DNA of 52,504 nt, from the NCBI GenBank assembly GCA_002269645.1, contig NIVC01000935.1, positions 1 to 52,504 of the forward strand, read 5' to 3'. Positions 1 through 11,240 of the stretch are shown here, in pieces. A model generated the notes under the pieces. The model was not told the origin of the DNA. It worked only from the letters and a program-made list of their open reading frames with translations, and made no database searches. The DNA is from Macrostomum lignano. Its lineage: Eukaryota. Made by a program: the position numbers and the translations under genes. How positions within the stretch are numbered: the stretch's first letter is position 1; the number at the start of each line of letters is the position of its first letter.

Positions 1-1402
1 TTAGCAACCAAGGGGCTTTAGCACCAAGGGGCTTTAGCACCAAGGGCTTTAGCACCAAAGGGGCGCAGCACCAAGGGGCGCCAGCAGCCAAGGGCGCCAG
101 CACCAAGGGGGGCCAGCACCAAGGGGCGGCAGCACCGCAAGGGCGCCAGCACCAAGGGGCCTTTAGCACCAAGAAGGGCGCCAGCACCACGGGCGCCAGC
201 ACCAAGGGGCGCCAGCACCAAGGGGCGCAGCACCAAGGGGCTTTAGCACCAAGGGGCTTTAGCAGCCAAGGGGCTTTAGCACCAAAGGGGCTTTAGCACC
301 AAGGGGCTTTAGCACCAAGGGGCTTTAGCACAAGGGGCTTTAGCACCAAGGGGCTTTAGCACCAAGGGGCTTTAGCACCAAGGGGCTTTAGCACCAAGGG
401 CTTAGCACCAAGGGGCTTTAGCACCAAGGGGGCTTTAGCACCAAGGGGCGCCAGCACCAAGGGGCGCCAGCACCAAGGGGCGCCAGCACCAAGGGGCGCC
501 AGCACCAAGGGGCGCCAGCACCAAGGGGCGCCAGCACCAAGGGGCGCCAGCACCAAGGGGCGCCAGCACCAAGGGGCGCCAGCACCAAGGGGCGCCAGCA
601 CCAAGGGGCGCCAGCACCAAGGGGCGCCAGCACCAAGGGGCGCCAGCACCAAGGGGCGCCAGCACCAAGGGGCGCCAGCACCAAGGGGCGCCAGCACCAA
701 GGGGCGCCAGCACCAAGGGGCGCCAGCACCAAGGGGCGCCAGCACCAAGGGGCGCCAGCACCAAGGGGCGCCAGCACCAAGGGGCTTTAGCACCAAGGGG
801 CTTTAGCACCAAGGGGCTTTAGCACCAAGGGGCTTTAGCACCAAGGGGCTTTAGCACCAAGGGGCTTTAGCACCAAGGGGCTTTAGCACCAAGGGGCTTT
901 AGCACCAAGGGGCTTTAGCACCAAGGGGCGCCAGCACCAAGGGGCGCCAGCACCAAGGGGCGCCAGCACCAAGGGGCGCCAGCACCAAGGGGCGCCAGCA
1001 CCAAGGGGCGCCAGCACCAAGGGGCGCCAGCACCAAGGGGCGCCAGCACCAAGGGGCGCCAGCACCAAGGGGCGCCAGCACCAAGGGGCGCCAGCACCAA
1101 GGGGCGCCAGCACCAAGGGGCGCCAGCACCAAGGGGCGCCAGCACCAAGGGGCGCCAGCACCAAGGGGCGCCAGCACCAAGGGGCGCCAGCACCAAGGGG
1201 CGCCAGCACCAAGGGGCGCCAGCACCAAGGGCGCCAGCACCAAGGGGCGCCAGCACCAAGGGGCGCCAGCACCAAGGGGCGCCAGCACCAAGGGGCGCCA
1301 GCACCAAGGGGCGCCAGCACCAAGGGCGCCAGCACCAAGGGGCGCCAGCACCAAGGGGCGCCAGCACCAAGGGGCGCCAGCACCAAGGGGCGCCAGCACC
1401 AA
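1..1402. repeat. 16-bp GC-rich minisatellite (GCACCAAGGGGCGCCA / GCACCAAGGGGCTTTA), open at the window edge
   Basis: Two unit variants occur in alternating blocks (CTTTA, CGCCA, CTTTA, CGCCA). It probably lies in an upstream intron of the DNase I gene, because that gene's 5' exons are not in the window (inference). Confidence 0.97.
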
Positions 1403-1722
1403 GCGATGGACGCAGACAAACTGGAATGAAGCCTAAAGTTCTGGAGCTCTGGAGCTCCGGTCCAAACCGACTGCAATTGATAAGTGCATGGTCAGACCAG
1501 TCGAATACAAAGCAAGGACCTTCTAGTGGTCCTTGGGCATTCCTATTTACGCTCGTAGTTGCAATGGCTTGTCGAGAGAACCGGCAGAGAATGGACTTAG
1601 AAACGGTTGACCAAGTTGCTAATTAATGATTCGTAGCTCGTACATGTATTGCGTTCATAGCTTCATTGCTAGTAACAATAAATTCAGTCGGCCCAGCGAC
1701 GCCAATTACATGTAACTTCCAG

Positions 1723-4316
1723 GGAGTCGATATTCAGCCTGGCCGGCACCTATCAATACGACGATCCGCAGGACTTGTTTGAACGGCCGCCCTACGGCGC
1801 ACTGTTTCACGTGCGCGGCGCGCGTGAGTAATACAACACCTAGGCCTGTAAACAGGGGTTTTTTGAGCGTCAGAATTCCAGCGTAATTTTGGTATCCTGG
1901 ATTTGAATTAATGAATGATATCAGCGGGCATCAGTCGAGAAATTCAAATTCAAATACAATACCAACATCTGTACTGTACCCAACCCTTTACATTACTGAG
2001 CCTCTCTGACCCAACAGAAGTTGCTGTCGTCTGCAGACTCCATGTTTACAGATTACTTATACAAGTGTAATTAAAGTTGACAATAGATAGAAATCTTAAA
2101 ATCTAAGGAATTTCTATAATTGTACACATATATATATACTTTTGGCATCCGGGGTCCAAATTCAGGAGGCAAAAATCAAAGTTGATAGCTTTGTCCTATC
2201 ATGATTGCCATACTCATGGTCTACAAGCACCAAGTCCGAAAATCATCCTTCTTCCCTCCAAAGTCAAGGTGACTACCTTCGGCGTACTCGGGCTGCACAC
2301 TTCGCCAAGGGACGTTGTTGTAGAGTTGGAGGCGCTACACTCCGTGCAGAGGGCGGCGCGCAACGCCTGGCAAAATGAGGCAAGTACTTGTGCATTAAAG
2401 GCTCCTTCACACTGCGATTAAATCACACAACAATTTTACAAAGAAATTCAATTTGCTGTACAAGTTCTGTGATTACACGACCTTTGTTTGATGGCTGTGT
2501 GATCGTGCTCAAAGAGAAATCTGAATTAGAATCTGACCCAAGAGTCAGCTGTACCCGATGACACGGACAATCGAGGCTATTCAGTGGTAAAATGTTGCAA
2601 TGCAAAAAATTATCTTCAGAATGTCCTCATCGTTGGCGATTTCAACGCAGATTGCACCTATTTGAATCGGCGCGAGAAGAACGAGCTGCAGTTGGTGCGC
2701 GACCAGAGTCTCACCTGGCTGATCAACAGTTGCATGGAGACCACCATGGTGCGGACAACTTGTCTGTACGATCATATTGTAGCGACTGGGTCCAAGCTGA
2801 TGACGGCTATTGATGTTGAATCTGCTGACGTGTTCCGGTTCGATAGCGCCTTTCGGCTGAATAACTCTGTGGTGAGTTTCTTGAAACGATACTTGAACTT
2901 AACACTCATATTTTCCCGAGTGATCCCACCATTGGGTGCTGCAGTAGAGTCTATCGTCGGATACTTAAGTTTAGTCTACAGTTAAGTTTACAACCGACGA
3001 GGGAAGACGCACGGCCTCGCTAGAAGTCAAGTACAGCTGGACGCGCAGATTGTTAAGAAAATTAGTGTCAATGGAGGTCATGGTTCCGTCTCGTCCTCAG
3101 CGAACGCCCTCCTGAGGTATGGGTTGGCAACAACAGCTGCCAGCGGGTTGTCTTATCTTCGCGTCCGTGCGTCCTGAGCACGCGTTTGAGGAGTCTCTGT
3201 CCTCGCCGTCTGAGGGTGTCGCTCAGCGGTGGCATGTCAGTTTTCACCATCAGAGCGCGGCCCGACGGGGCGCACGGGTAGCGAATGTTGAGCGAGAAAC
3301 GCAGCGGAGCTCTGAAAGCCGCATTCAAGACTTCTTCCCGGCTTGCAGTGATTGGCACAACCTCAAGGCCGTATAGGAAGATTGATGCTAAAGTGCAGTC
3401 TAGATATGGTGATGCTGTGTCCATCGGGTGATAAATAATCGCACGGAAGTGTCTTCATGGCGATAATAATGTCTATGGGGTAATACATACCAGGTAAGTG
3501 TATGTCTATCGAATGTTACAAAAGAACTGCTGTCGATACGATGCAGAAGCAGCCATTACCATCGATCACGGTGTCCATACCCATCCATGGTTATTTTAAC
3601 TTTTTAACCGCATTATTATTTAATGATCGAGATCATTTCTCATTCCAGGCGGAGGAAGTCAGCGATCACTATCCGGTCGAGCTGCTTATTACTGGAAAGA
3701 GTAAGATCAGCCCTGCACTTGTCCCATTGATATCGATTAGGTACCGTAACTCCAATCAGGATTCCAATTTTCCCATAGCTCCAATCAGGATCCCCAATTC
3801 TTCCATAGCTCCAATTAGGATCCGAATTCTCTCATAGCTCCAATCATGATCCCAATTCTCCCATAGCTCCAATCAGGATCCCAATCCTCCTATAGCTCTG
3901 CACTCGCGCACCTTATTCCCGCAGTGACAGACCCGGCCAAGCTCCTGTGGCTGGGCCAGTCGCTGGAGGTGTCGCAGTCCCTCGATCCCGCTGGTCTGCA
4001 GTCGCTGCACCGAATGCGCGAGCTAGAGGGCCGGCCGCCCAGCCCGCAATTGAACGGAGGCTTCCGAACCTCCGGCTACCTCGACAGTGACGGCGGAGGC
4101 GGCCTCCGACTCGCCACGGCTGTTCGCGATGGCGTCAAAGCAGCAGCCGCCGACGTCGGCCTCGCCGTTTCCGAATTTAGAGCCGCCTTCCCGGGCGTCC
4201 TCCGACCGGAGACGGCCGCCCTGCTCGCCGAACTGGCCGCCCGCCATCTGCCCTGGGAGTCGCCGCCGCCGCTGCCTGGCTACGGCGACTCCGTGGCTGA
4301 CAACCCCTGCGACTGA
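1723..4316 (+). CDS. DNase I-family endonuclease, 5'-partial, with a ~130-aa C-terminal extension; exons 1723-1823, 2264-2379, 2620-2871, 3649-3700, 3925-4316
   Basis: The spliced translation gives YQYDDPQDLFERPPYGALF / FGVLGLHTSPRDVVVELEAL / NVLIVGDFNADCTY...TTCLYDHIV...VFRFD / AEEVSDHYPVEL. These are the DNase I motifs (LH, GDFNA, YDxI, SDHYP) plus the conserved Cys pair. Intron phases 1,0,0,1 are all consistent. Intron 2380-2619 is GC-AG. Confidence 0.9.
3060..3410 (-). mobile_element. 5'-truncated non-LTR retrotransposon fragment (RTE-like, region C-terminal to RT) in a DNase I intron, antisense
   Basis: Translation LASIFLYGLEVVPIT...LNAAFRAPLRFSLNIRYP...PPLSDTLRRRGQRLL matches the LYGxE...LRxxLxIxW...L pattern that follows the RT domain in RTE-type LINEs. 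Recognised by motif, not by search. Confidence 0.65.
3752..3899. repeat. ~29-bp intronic minisatellite (CCATAGCTCCAATCAGGATCCCAATT..), ~5 copies
   Basis: Direct repeats visible; the array ends ~25 nt before the 3' splice site at 3924. Confidence 0.9.
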
Positions 4317-6672
4317 CCATCGGCTGCAGCCTCGCCGAGGCCGAGTGCACCGCGCGACTCTCTGTCGTGTTTAGGGCGGTCAACTGAGGCTCAGCGCCTT
4401 TCTCTCTCTCCTTCTATCCATTCTCTCTTTATCCCTTCTCTTTCTCCTCCTCTAGCCTCTCTGTCTCCCTCTATCTTTTCTCTCTCTTTAGTCTCGAAAA
4501 AGCGCCATTAAAGCAAAATCCGTTCACCTTTAACTGGCATTGGTTTGAGTTACAATCGTTGCACAAAAGTTTTACTTATTTTCAGCCCGACTCTATATCG
4601 AGTAGAAAAAATATATCGGAAATTGGCCGAGTCCTGGGGGCGTTGGGTACACTGGCTAGCTTTGTGATGGTACAAAAGGACTGATTATCTTTCAATTGAA
4701 GTCCCTTTCTTTGATGCGTCTCCATTGACCTCTGTTCTGAAACCTTGCGGCGTCTACAGTGTATTATGGCGAAGCCAGATGCCAGATGTCAGTTTCAGAA
4801 TATCAAACGGCTTAAAAATCTTCAACTCTATATTTGACTCTGAGCTCATATTGGTGTGTAAACGGCTCGCTGACTCACTGCATTCGGTCCATGGACCTGC
4901 AAGAACTGACGGTAACAACTTGTGCCACTGGCATTTCCCGAAGACATTCCTATTTTTATGTAAGCACGCTGCTCAAAATTCAACGCAAACTTCAATTTAG
5001 ATTAGCTGATCACTTTCTGATTCAGTTAGCTCTGAAAATATACTGCAGGGCAGGACTAGATTTTTAAAGACAGAGCGCTAAACATTTATGTAGTGCATGC
5101 GCCCTTGTCGGTTGGCAGGGCGCGTTGCACTTTGGGGCTGGCTAGGGGGGGTTGGCGGGCGTGGCAGGGTCTGGCCAGCGGCCGGGCTTTGCGCGTGCTC
5201 CTCCCCAGCCGTGCCCCTGCCCCGTGCTCAGGGCTGGTTGGCTGCGGCCGGGCCAGCTTTGTCGCGGGTGCGGCCCCTCACCCCTAGGCGGGGTTTTGAT
5301 TGGCTGGCCGGCGCGGCCAGTCTATTTTGTTGGGGTAGTTTGTTTTGGTGGGCTTAGCCGGTGGGGCCATCGGCCCCAGGGTTTGGTTATTATTTAGTGC
5401 GGCTCTGGGTCTTGCTCCTGCCCTTCGTCCCGGTTTGTGCTGTTTGTGTTTTTGTTTTGGTGTGCTCGTAGAATACAAGTGCAGGACTCGACGTATAAAC
5501 AGCAATACTAGTTATTGAATACAGCGAAAAGAAACACAAGAGCCTTAAGAAGAGCTTTGGAGAATTCAGAACCTGCACTGACCAACGAGCAAACCAATAG
5601 ACGTGAGAACGGCGATTTGGCCACTGTACAACGAGCGAATCAATAAACGTAACGGCGATTTGGCCACTGGTAAGCCGCCTGCTGCTTGAGTTCGTTTTTT
5701 TCTGGGAGCTTGTTAGGCTGAGTTCTTGCCAGAGCGTCATAACGCCGGGAGATCATATAGCTTTTTGTAGTACTGTACTGTCTACTCTACTATAGTGTGT
5801 ACAACCTACAGTATCGAGACTAGAAGCACTCGAGAGTGTCACCACACCTCGAGCCGCAGCGTGAACTCTGAGTGTCACAACACCAAAGGGATCGAACTAT
5901 TATCGCAGAGCGTCGTCACGCCTGCTCGTATCCATAACAGTACAGACAGAGCGTCACAACGCCTGTTATATCACGTATAATATATATTGTACTCGGGACT
6001 GGGCACCCAAACCGACCCGGGTTACGACATTTACCCAGAAATGCAAGATAAGCGACTTAACTACACCGGCCAGAGGACGAATCAACTCAACCGGTCAAAG
6101 ACTTGTCAAGCCAAGGAGAGATCCAGGAAGCGGAGCCAGGTTTATAAGGATGACGCTGGCCATGGTGCAAGAACGTGGACGCAAGGAAATTGAGGGAGCA
6201 AAACAAGATTAGAAAATCGTCTTTACAAGTGCATGGATTCTTCGACTGGATTCAAGATGCCTCTGTAGGCACGAGAGTTGTTATACAAGTAGCAGACGCA
6301 GCACTACGAGTATATCGCTAATTAATTTTGTAGCGAATGTCGGAAATTTGCTCACTTTTGAGAGTGTAGCGCCATTCTATATTAGTTTTTCATGGGATCT
6401 ACCTGGCCAGTGCTACTCACTGCTATTTTAATTATAAGCAATTTGAGACTAAAATGCAATAAAGTAATAACGAAGACGACAATATTTCTAATCGAACATC
6501 CATTCATCCAAGTCAAATTAACTCAATGCACCATTGTATTGTATATATGTATATATAGTTAATTACGACTGCTCTAACATTTAGTTACAAAATATGGAAT
6601 ACTTTAACCAATTCGGTACAATATGTACTTTTATATCGTCCCAATAAAGGTCATTACAATCTGCATTAGCGC

Positions 6673-9600
6673 CTAACCGTAGAAGTTACGCGCTCCCCGA
6701 CTGTAAAATTCTCGCATCCCGGTGCCTCCTCCGCCAGGTCCTCCTACCTGATGCGGCGGCATCATCGACGGTGGTGGCATGTTCATAGGCGGCATTGGGG
6801 GCGGTTGGTCGAACATGACTGGCATCAGATCCTTCAGCAGAACACTCTGTTGTTGATTGTATTCATACCAATTGATTAGTGCGCGCGCCGGCGGCTGCAG
6901 CTTAACTATCTGGGCCAAATAGTATTGATTGTCTGCGTAACGGGCCATACAGAACTCGTTCTCTGTGGGTTGCCAAAACTGCTGCGACTTATGACCCGCA
7001 GGCAGTGGACCCCTTTGATCGTGTCCTCTCTGATGAGCCTGATTGCCCTGGTTAGGCGGCAGTCTCCTTGGATCTTGGTCTCCTCGCTGATTGCTCTGGT
7101 TAGGCGGCAGTCCCCTTGGATCTTGGTCTCCTCGCTGATTGCCCTGGTTAGGCGGCAGTCCCCTTGGATCTTGGTCTCCTCGCTGATTGCCCTGGTTAGG
7201 CGGCGGCCCCCTTGGATCTTGGTCTCCTCGCTGATTGCCCTGGTTAGGCGGCGGCCCCCTTGGATCTTGGTCTCCTCGCTGATTGCCCTGGTTAGGCGGC
7301 GGCCCCCTTGGATCTTGGTCTCCTCGCTGATTGCCCTGGTTAGGCGGCGGCCCCCTTTGATCTTGGTATCCTCGCTGATTGCCCTGGTTAGGCGGCGGCC
7401 CCCTTGGATCTTGATCTCCTCGCTGATTGCGCTGGTTAGGCAGCGGCCTTCTCTGACCTTGGTCTCCTTCTCGCTGATTGCGCTGGTTAGGCGGCGGCCC
7501 CCTTTGATTTTGATCTCCTCGCTGATAGCGCTGGTTAGGCGGCGGCCCCCTTTGATCTTGGTCTCCTCTCTGATTGCGCTGGTTAGGCGGCGGCCCTCTT
7601 TGATCTTGATCTCCTCGCTGATAGCGCTGGTTAGGCGGCGGCCCTCTTTGATCGTGGTCCCCTCGCTGATTTCCCTGGTTAGGCGGCGGCCCCCTTGGAT
7701 CTTGATCTCCTCGCTGAAAGCGCTGGTTAGGCGGCGGCCCCTTTGATCTTGGTCCCCTCGCTGATTGCGCTGATTAGGCGGCGGTCCTCTTTGATCTTGG
7801 TCTCCTTTCTGATTGCGCTGAAACGGTGGCTGACCGCCTCTCTGATTCTGGTCGCTCCTCTGACTTGGAGCCGGGCCCCGTCGATTTTGCCGATCAAAAC
7901 GCTGAGAACCCTGAGCAGACGGTGGCTGCTGCTGAGACACCGCTGTGTCAATGCCGGCAATAGGCAGGCCCTGAACAAAGTCAAACAGCGACAGCTTGGC
8001 AGACGGCTTAGCCAGGGAGCCTTCAGCTCCGGCAAAGACCGGGCCTCGGTCCTCGCGGTCGGGATCTCGGATTCGGGCCGACGCGGCGGTCTGGCTAGCC
8101 AGGATGTGATCGACGGCTTTGCCGAGATCGCCGTGAGTATGCCTCAGCGCGTCCAGAGCCTCGGTGAAGCTGTAGCCCATGCTCATGATGGTGTCCACGG
8201 AGCGTTCGTCGAATTTTTCGGTCGGGTCATCCCGTTGCTGCTGCTGTTGTTGCTGTTGCTGACGCTTGAGCGCCTGCGGCCGCTGCTGGTTGTGGCTGGC
8301 CGTGGCGAAGGCCTTGCGCTGCTGCTGCCGAGCCTCGTCGATCATCGCCCGACGCTGCTCCGCAAACTCTCCGTCGGCCTCTTCGGCATCGGCGCCGCCT
8401 TCGGCTCTGCCGCCAGTTTCGCCTCCATTGCCAACTGGCATCGATTTGAAATTGGCGGCCACGGCGGCCGTAGTCTGCGCCGCGGCCCTGCCAGCGCCGA
8501 AAGGCACAAACGGCGGCGCGCCGGTGCCGGCCGCACGATGACGTCCACGACCGTCGCGCATGTCGGAGCGGAGGCGCCAGCCCTCGGCTAAGAGGGAGAC
8601 CCGGCCGCCCAGGTGCTTGCAGGCGGCTGAGTCTGCCAGCCAGTAGCCGTCGGAGAAGGTCGCCTTGCCGCAGTCGAGGGCCAACTTGGTGCCCGGTGGA
8701 GTCCTTGTTGACAGTAGGCCGCTGAGCCGGTTGTGCACATCCAGCCCGATCAGCGTCACCCGGCCGTCCGTCAGCGTCACCTGCGTTGAGCAGCGACACC
8801 CGCGCGTCAGGCGATTCTCAATTGAACTCAGGGCGATTCTCAAAGGGAACTCAGGGCGATTCTCAATTGAACTCAGGGCGATTCTCAATTGGACTCAGGG
8901 CGATTCTCAATTGAACTCAGGGCGATTCTCAAAGGGAACTCAGGGCGATTCTCAATTGAACTCAGGGCGATTCTCAATTGGACTCAGGGCGATTCTCAAT
9001 TGAACTCAGGGCGATTCTCAAAGGGAACTCAGGGCGATTCTCAATTGGACTCAGGGCGATTCTCAATTGAACTCAGGGCGATTCTCAAAGGGAACTCAGG
9101 GCGATTCTCAATTGGACTCAGGGCGATTCTCAATTGAACTCAGGGCGATTCTCAAAGGGAACTCAGGGCGATTCTCAATTGGACTCAGGGCGATTCTCAA
9201 TTGAACTCAGGGCGATTCTCAAAGGGAACTCAGGGCGATTATCATAGAGAACTCAGGGCGATTCTCAAAGGAAACTCAGGGTGATTTTCATAGAGAACTC
9301 AGGGCGATTCTCATAGAGAACGCAGGGCGATTCTCAAAGGAAACTCAGGGCGATTCTTAAGGGAGCTCAGGGCGATTCTCATGGAGAACTCAGGGCGATT
9401 CTCAAAAAACTGAAGGCAGTTCTTAATGGAACTCAGATTCTCAATGGAACTCAGGGCGATTCTCAAGGGAAGTGACGACGATTTCAAAGGGCGAACTGAG
9501 ATGCTACGGCAAATAAACAGCCAGTTCGAAAGGAGAATTCAATGGGTATTTAAAAAGTTTAATTGGAATTATTAAAACAAACAAAATCTAACCTTTAACA

Positions 9601-10109
9601 GAGGCGGTGCCGCCCCGCTATCCTCGTTGTCCTTTGGCGCTGACACATTTCGCACTCGTTGAACCTGCATCACGTAGTGAGACGTGGAGCCGGCTGTGGA
9701 ACCGGCGCTTAGCGACTCAATGCGACCAGCTGAGGGCAGCGCAGTGTCGCCGATGTCCTTCAGGTCGGTCTGTTTAAAATTAGACGCATGGTAGTCTAGT
9801 TTTAACTGATAAAAAATTTTCGCTGACACAGTAAAAACTATTATAGCGCTACCTAATGGCTTGACATTCCTTACTGTTAGACCCGATGAAACAACCAATT
9901 AGACTTACATTGAGCGCAATTTGAATCACATTGTCTATTGTGGTTGGCTTGCCATCGAGTTTGTCAATGCAGTACTGCAGACCTTCCTGCGTCAAGTGCC
10001 TGGTTAATTGGAGATGATAAATAAAATTGTACTGGATAAGCTACTTTTAAGTAGCAAGTAATGCGTTCACCTACCAGCCTTTCTTTCGCAAATCGTCAAG
10101 AGAAACCAT
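6673..10109 (-). CDS. TDRD3: Tudor domain-containing protein 3; exons 10109-10075, 9999-9909, 9769-9593, 8780-6673, with a 1-nt frameshift at ~7738-7741
   Basis: The spliced protein reads MVSLDDLRKKGWHLTQEGLQYC...IALNTDLKDIG...[30 protein letters not shown]...TPPGTKL...LGGRV, the RMI1-like OB fold as in TDRD3. It then has a UBA domain (IMSMGYSFTEALDALRHTHGDLGKAVDHIL), a Tudor domain (EFCMARYADNQYYLAQIV) and a C-terminal FYSRGARN resembling the TDRD3 EJC-binding tail. GT-AG sites and phases are consistent. Confidence 0.93.
7030..7860 (-). repeat. 48-bp coding tandem repeat in TDRD3 (~17 copies of RGPPPNQ(G/R)NQRGDQD(P/Q))
   Basis: Unit GGTTAGGCGGCGGCCCCCTTGGATCTTGGTCTCCTCGCTGATTGCCCT on +. 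The PPPN frame stays open into the Tudor domain. Confidence 0.92.
8806..9472. repeat. 22-bp minisatellite (CTCAGGGCGATTCTCAATTGAA and variants) in TDRD3 intron 3
   Basis: Three unit variants (AATTGAA/AAGGGAA/AATTGGA) recur in 3-4-mer order and degenerate toward 9470. Confidence 0.95.
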
Positions 10110-10184
10110 GGGATTAGCGACTTGAAAGCAGTAAGATTGAAAAAATTGTGCAAAAATTATTGACTGTCTCTATTCCAATACTAG

Positions 10185-11240
10185 CTATGCAAACAGCCTG
10201 TCAGACCCTAATCCTTAGTTAATGCAAACAGCCTGTCAGACCCTAATCCTTAGTTAATGCAATCAGTCTCTTAGACCCTAATCCTAGCTATGCAATCAGT
10301 CTGTCAGACCCTAATCCTTAACTAATTCAATCAGTCTGTTAGACCCTAATCCTTGGTTAATGCAAACAGTCTGTCAAACTCTAATTCTAGCTATGCAAAC
10401 AGCCTGTCAGACCCTAATCCTTAGTTAATGCAATCAGTCTGTCAGACCCTAATCCTAGCTATGCAATCAGTCTGTCAGACCCTAATCCTTAGTTAATGCA
10501 ATCAGTCTGTCAGACCCTAATTCTAGCTAATGCAATCAGTCTGTCAGACCCTAATCCTTAGTTAATGCAATCAGTCTGTCAGACCCTAATTCTAGCTAAT
10601 GCAATCAGTCTGTCAGACCCTAATCCTAGCTATGCAATCAGTCTGTCAGACCCTAATCCTTAGTTAATGCAATCAGTCTGTCAGACCCTAATCCTAGCTA
10701 TGCAATCAGTCTGTCAGACCCTAATCCTTAGTTAATGCAATCAGTCTGTCAGACCCTAATTCTAGCTAATGCAATCAGTCTGTCAGACCCTAATCCTTAG
10801 TTAATGCAATCAGTCTGTCAGACCCTAATTCTAGCTAATGCAATCAGTCTGTCAGACCCTAATCCTTAGTTAATGCAATCAGTCTGTCAGACCCTAATTC
10901 TAGCTAATGCAATCAGTCTGTCAGACCCTAATCCTTAGTTAATGCAATCAGTCTGTCAGACCCTAATTCTAGCTAATGCAATCAGTCTGTCAGACCCTAA
11001 TCCTTAGTTAATGCAATCAGTCTGTCAGACCCTAATTCTAGCTAATGCAATCAGTCTGTCAGACCCTAATTCTAGCTTATGCAATTAGTCTGTCAGACCC
11101 TAATCCTAGCAATGTAATCAGTCTGTCAGACCCTAATACTAGCTATGCAATCAGTCTGTCAGACCCTAATCCTAGCTAATGCAATCAGTCTGTCAGACCC
11201 TAATCCTAGCTAATTCAATCAGTCTGTCAGACCCTAATCG
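10185..11240. repeat. 33-35-bp minisatellite (GCAATCAGTCTGTCAGACCCTAAT..) upstream of the TDRD3 start
   Basis: About 30 copies, largely alternating CCTTAGTTAAT and (T/C)CTAGCT(A)AT variants (dimeric higher order). Confidence 0.95.

Noticed and set aside
18-1476. Overlapping ORFs in the first 1.4 kb
   Set aside because: They are translations of a stop-poor 16-bp minisatellite. The same applies to the ORFs at 8665-9137, 14229-15216, 23656-24111, 30009-30483, 32994-33410, 36854-37561 and 39313-39683.
6925-8591. Hydrophobic + strand ORFs (LIALVRRRPPWILVSS repeats)
   Set aside because: They are the antisense shadow of the TDRD3 coding repeat.
6906-8888. 660-aa ORF taken at face value
   Set aside because: Its N-terminus is intronic satellite (the acceptor is at 8781) and its C-terminal half is the shifted frame of the repeat. 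The Tudor domain is in the other frame.
10185-11240. CRISPR-like array (33-35-bp repeats)
   Set aside because: The units are head-to-tail with no unique spacers, no cas genes are present, and the context is eukaryotic.
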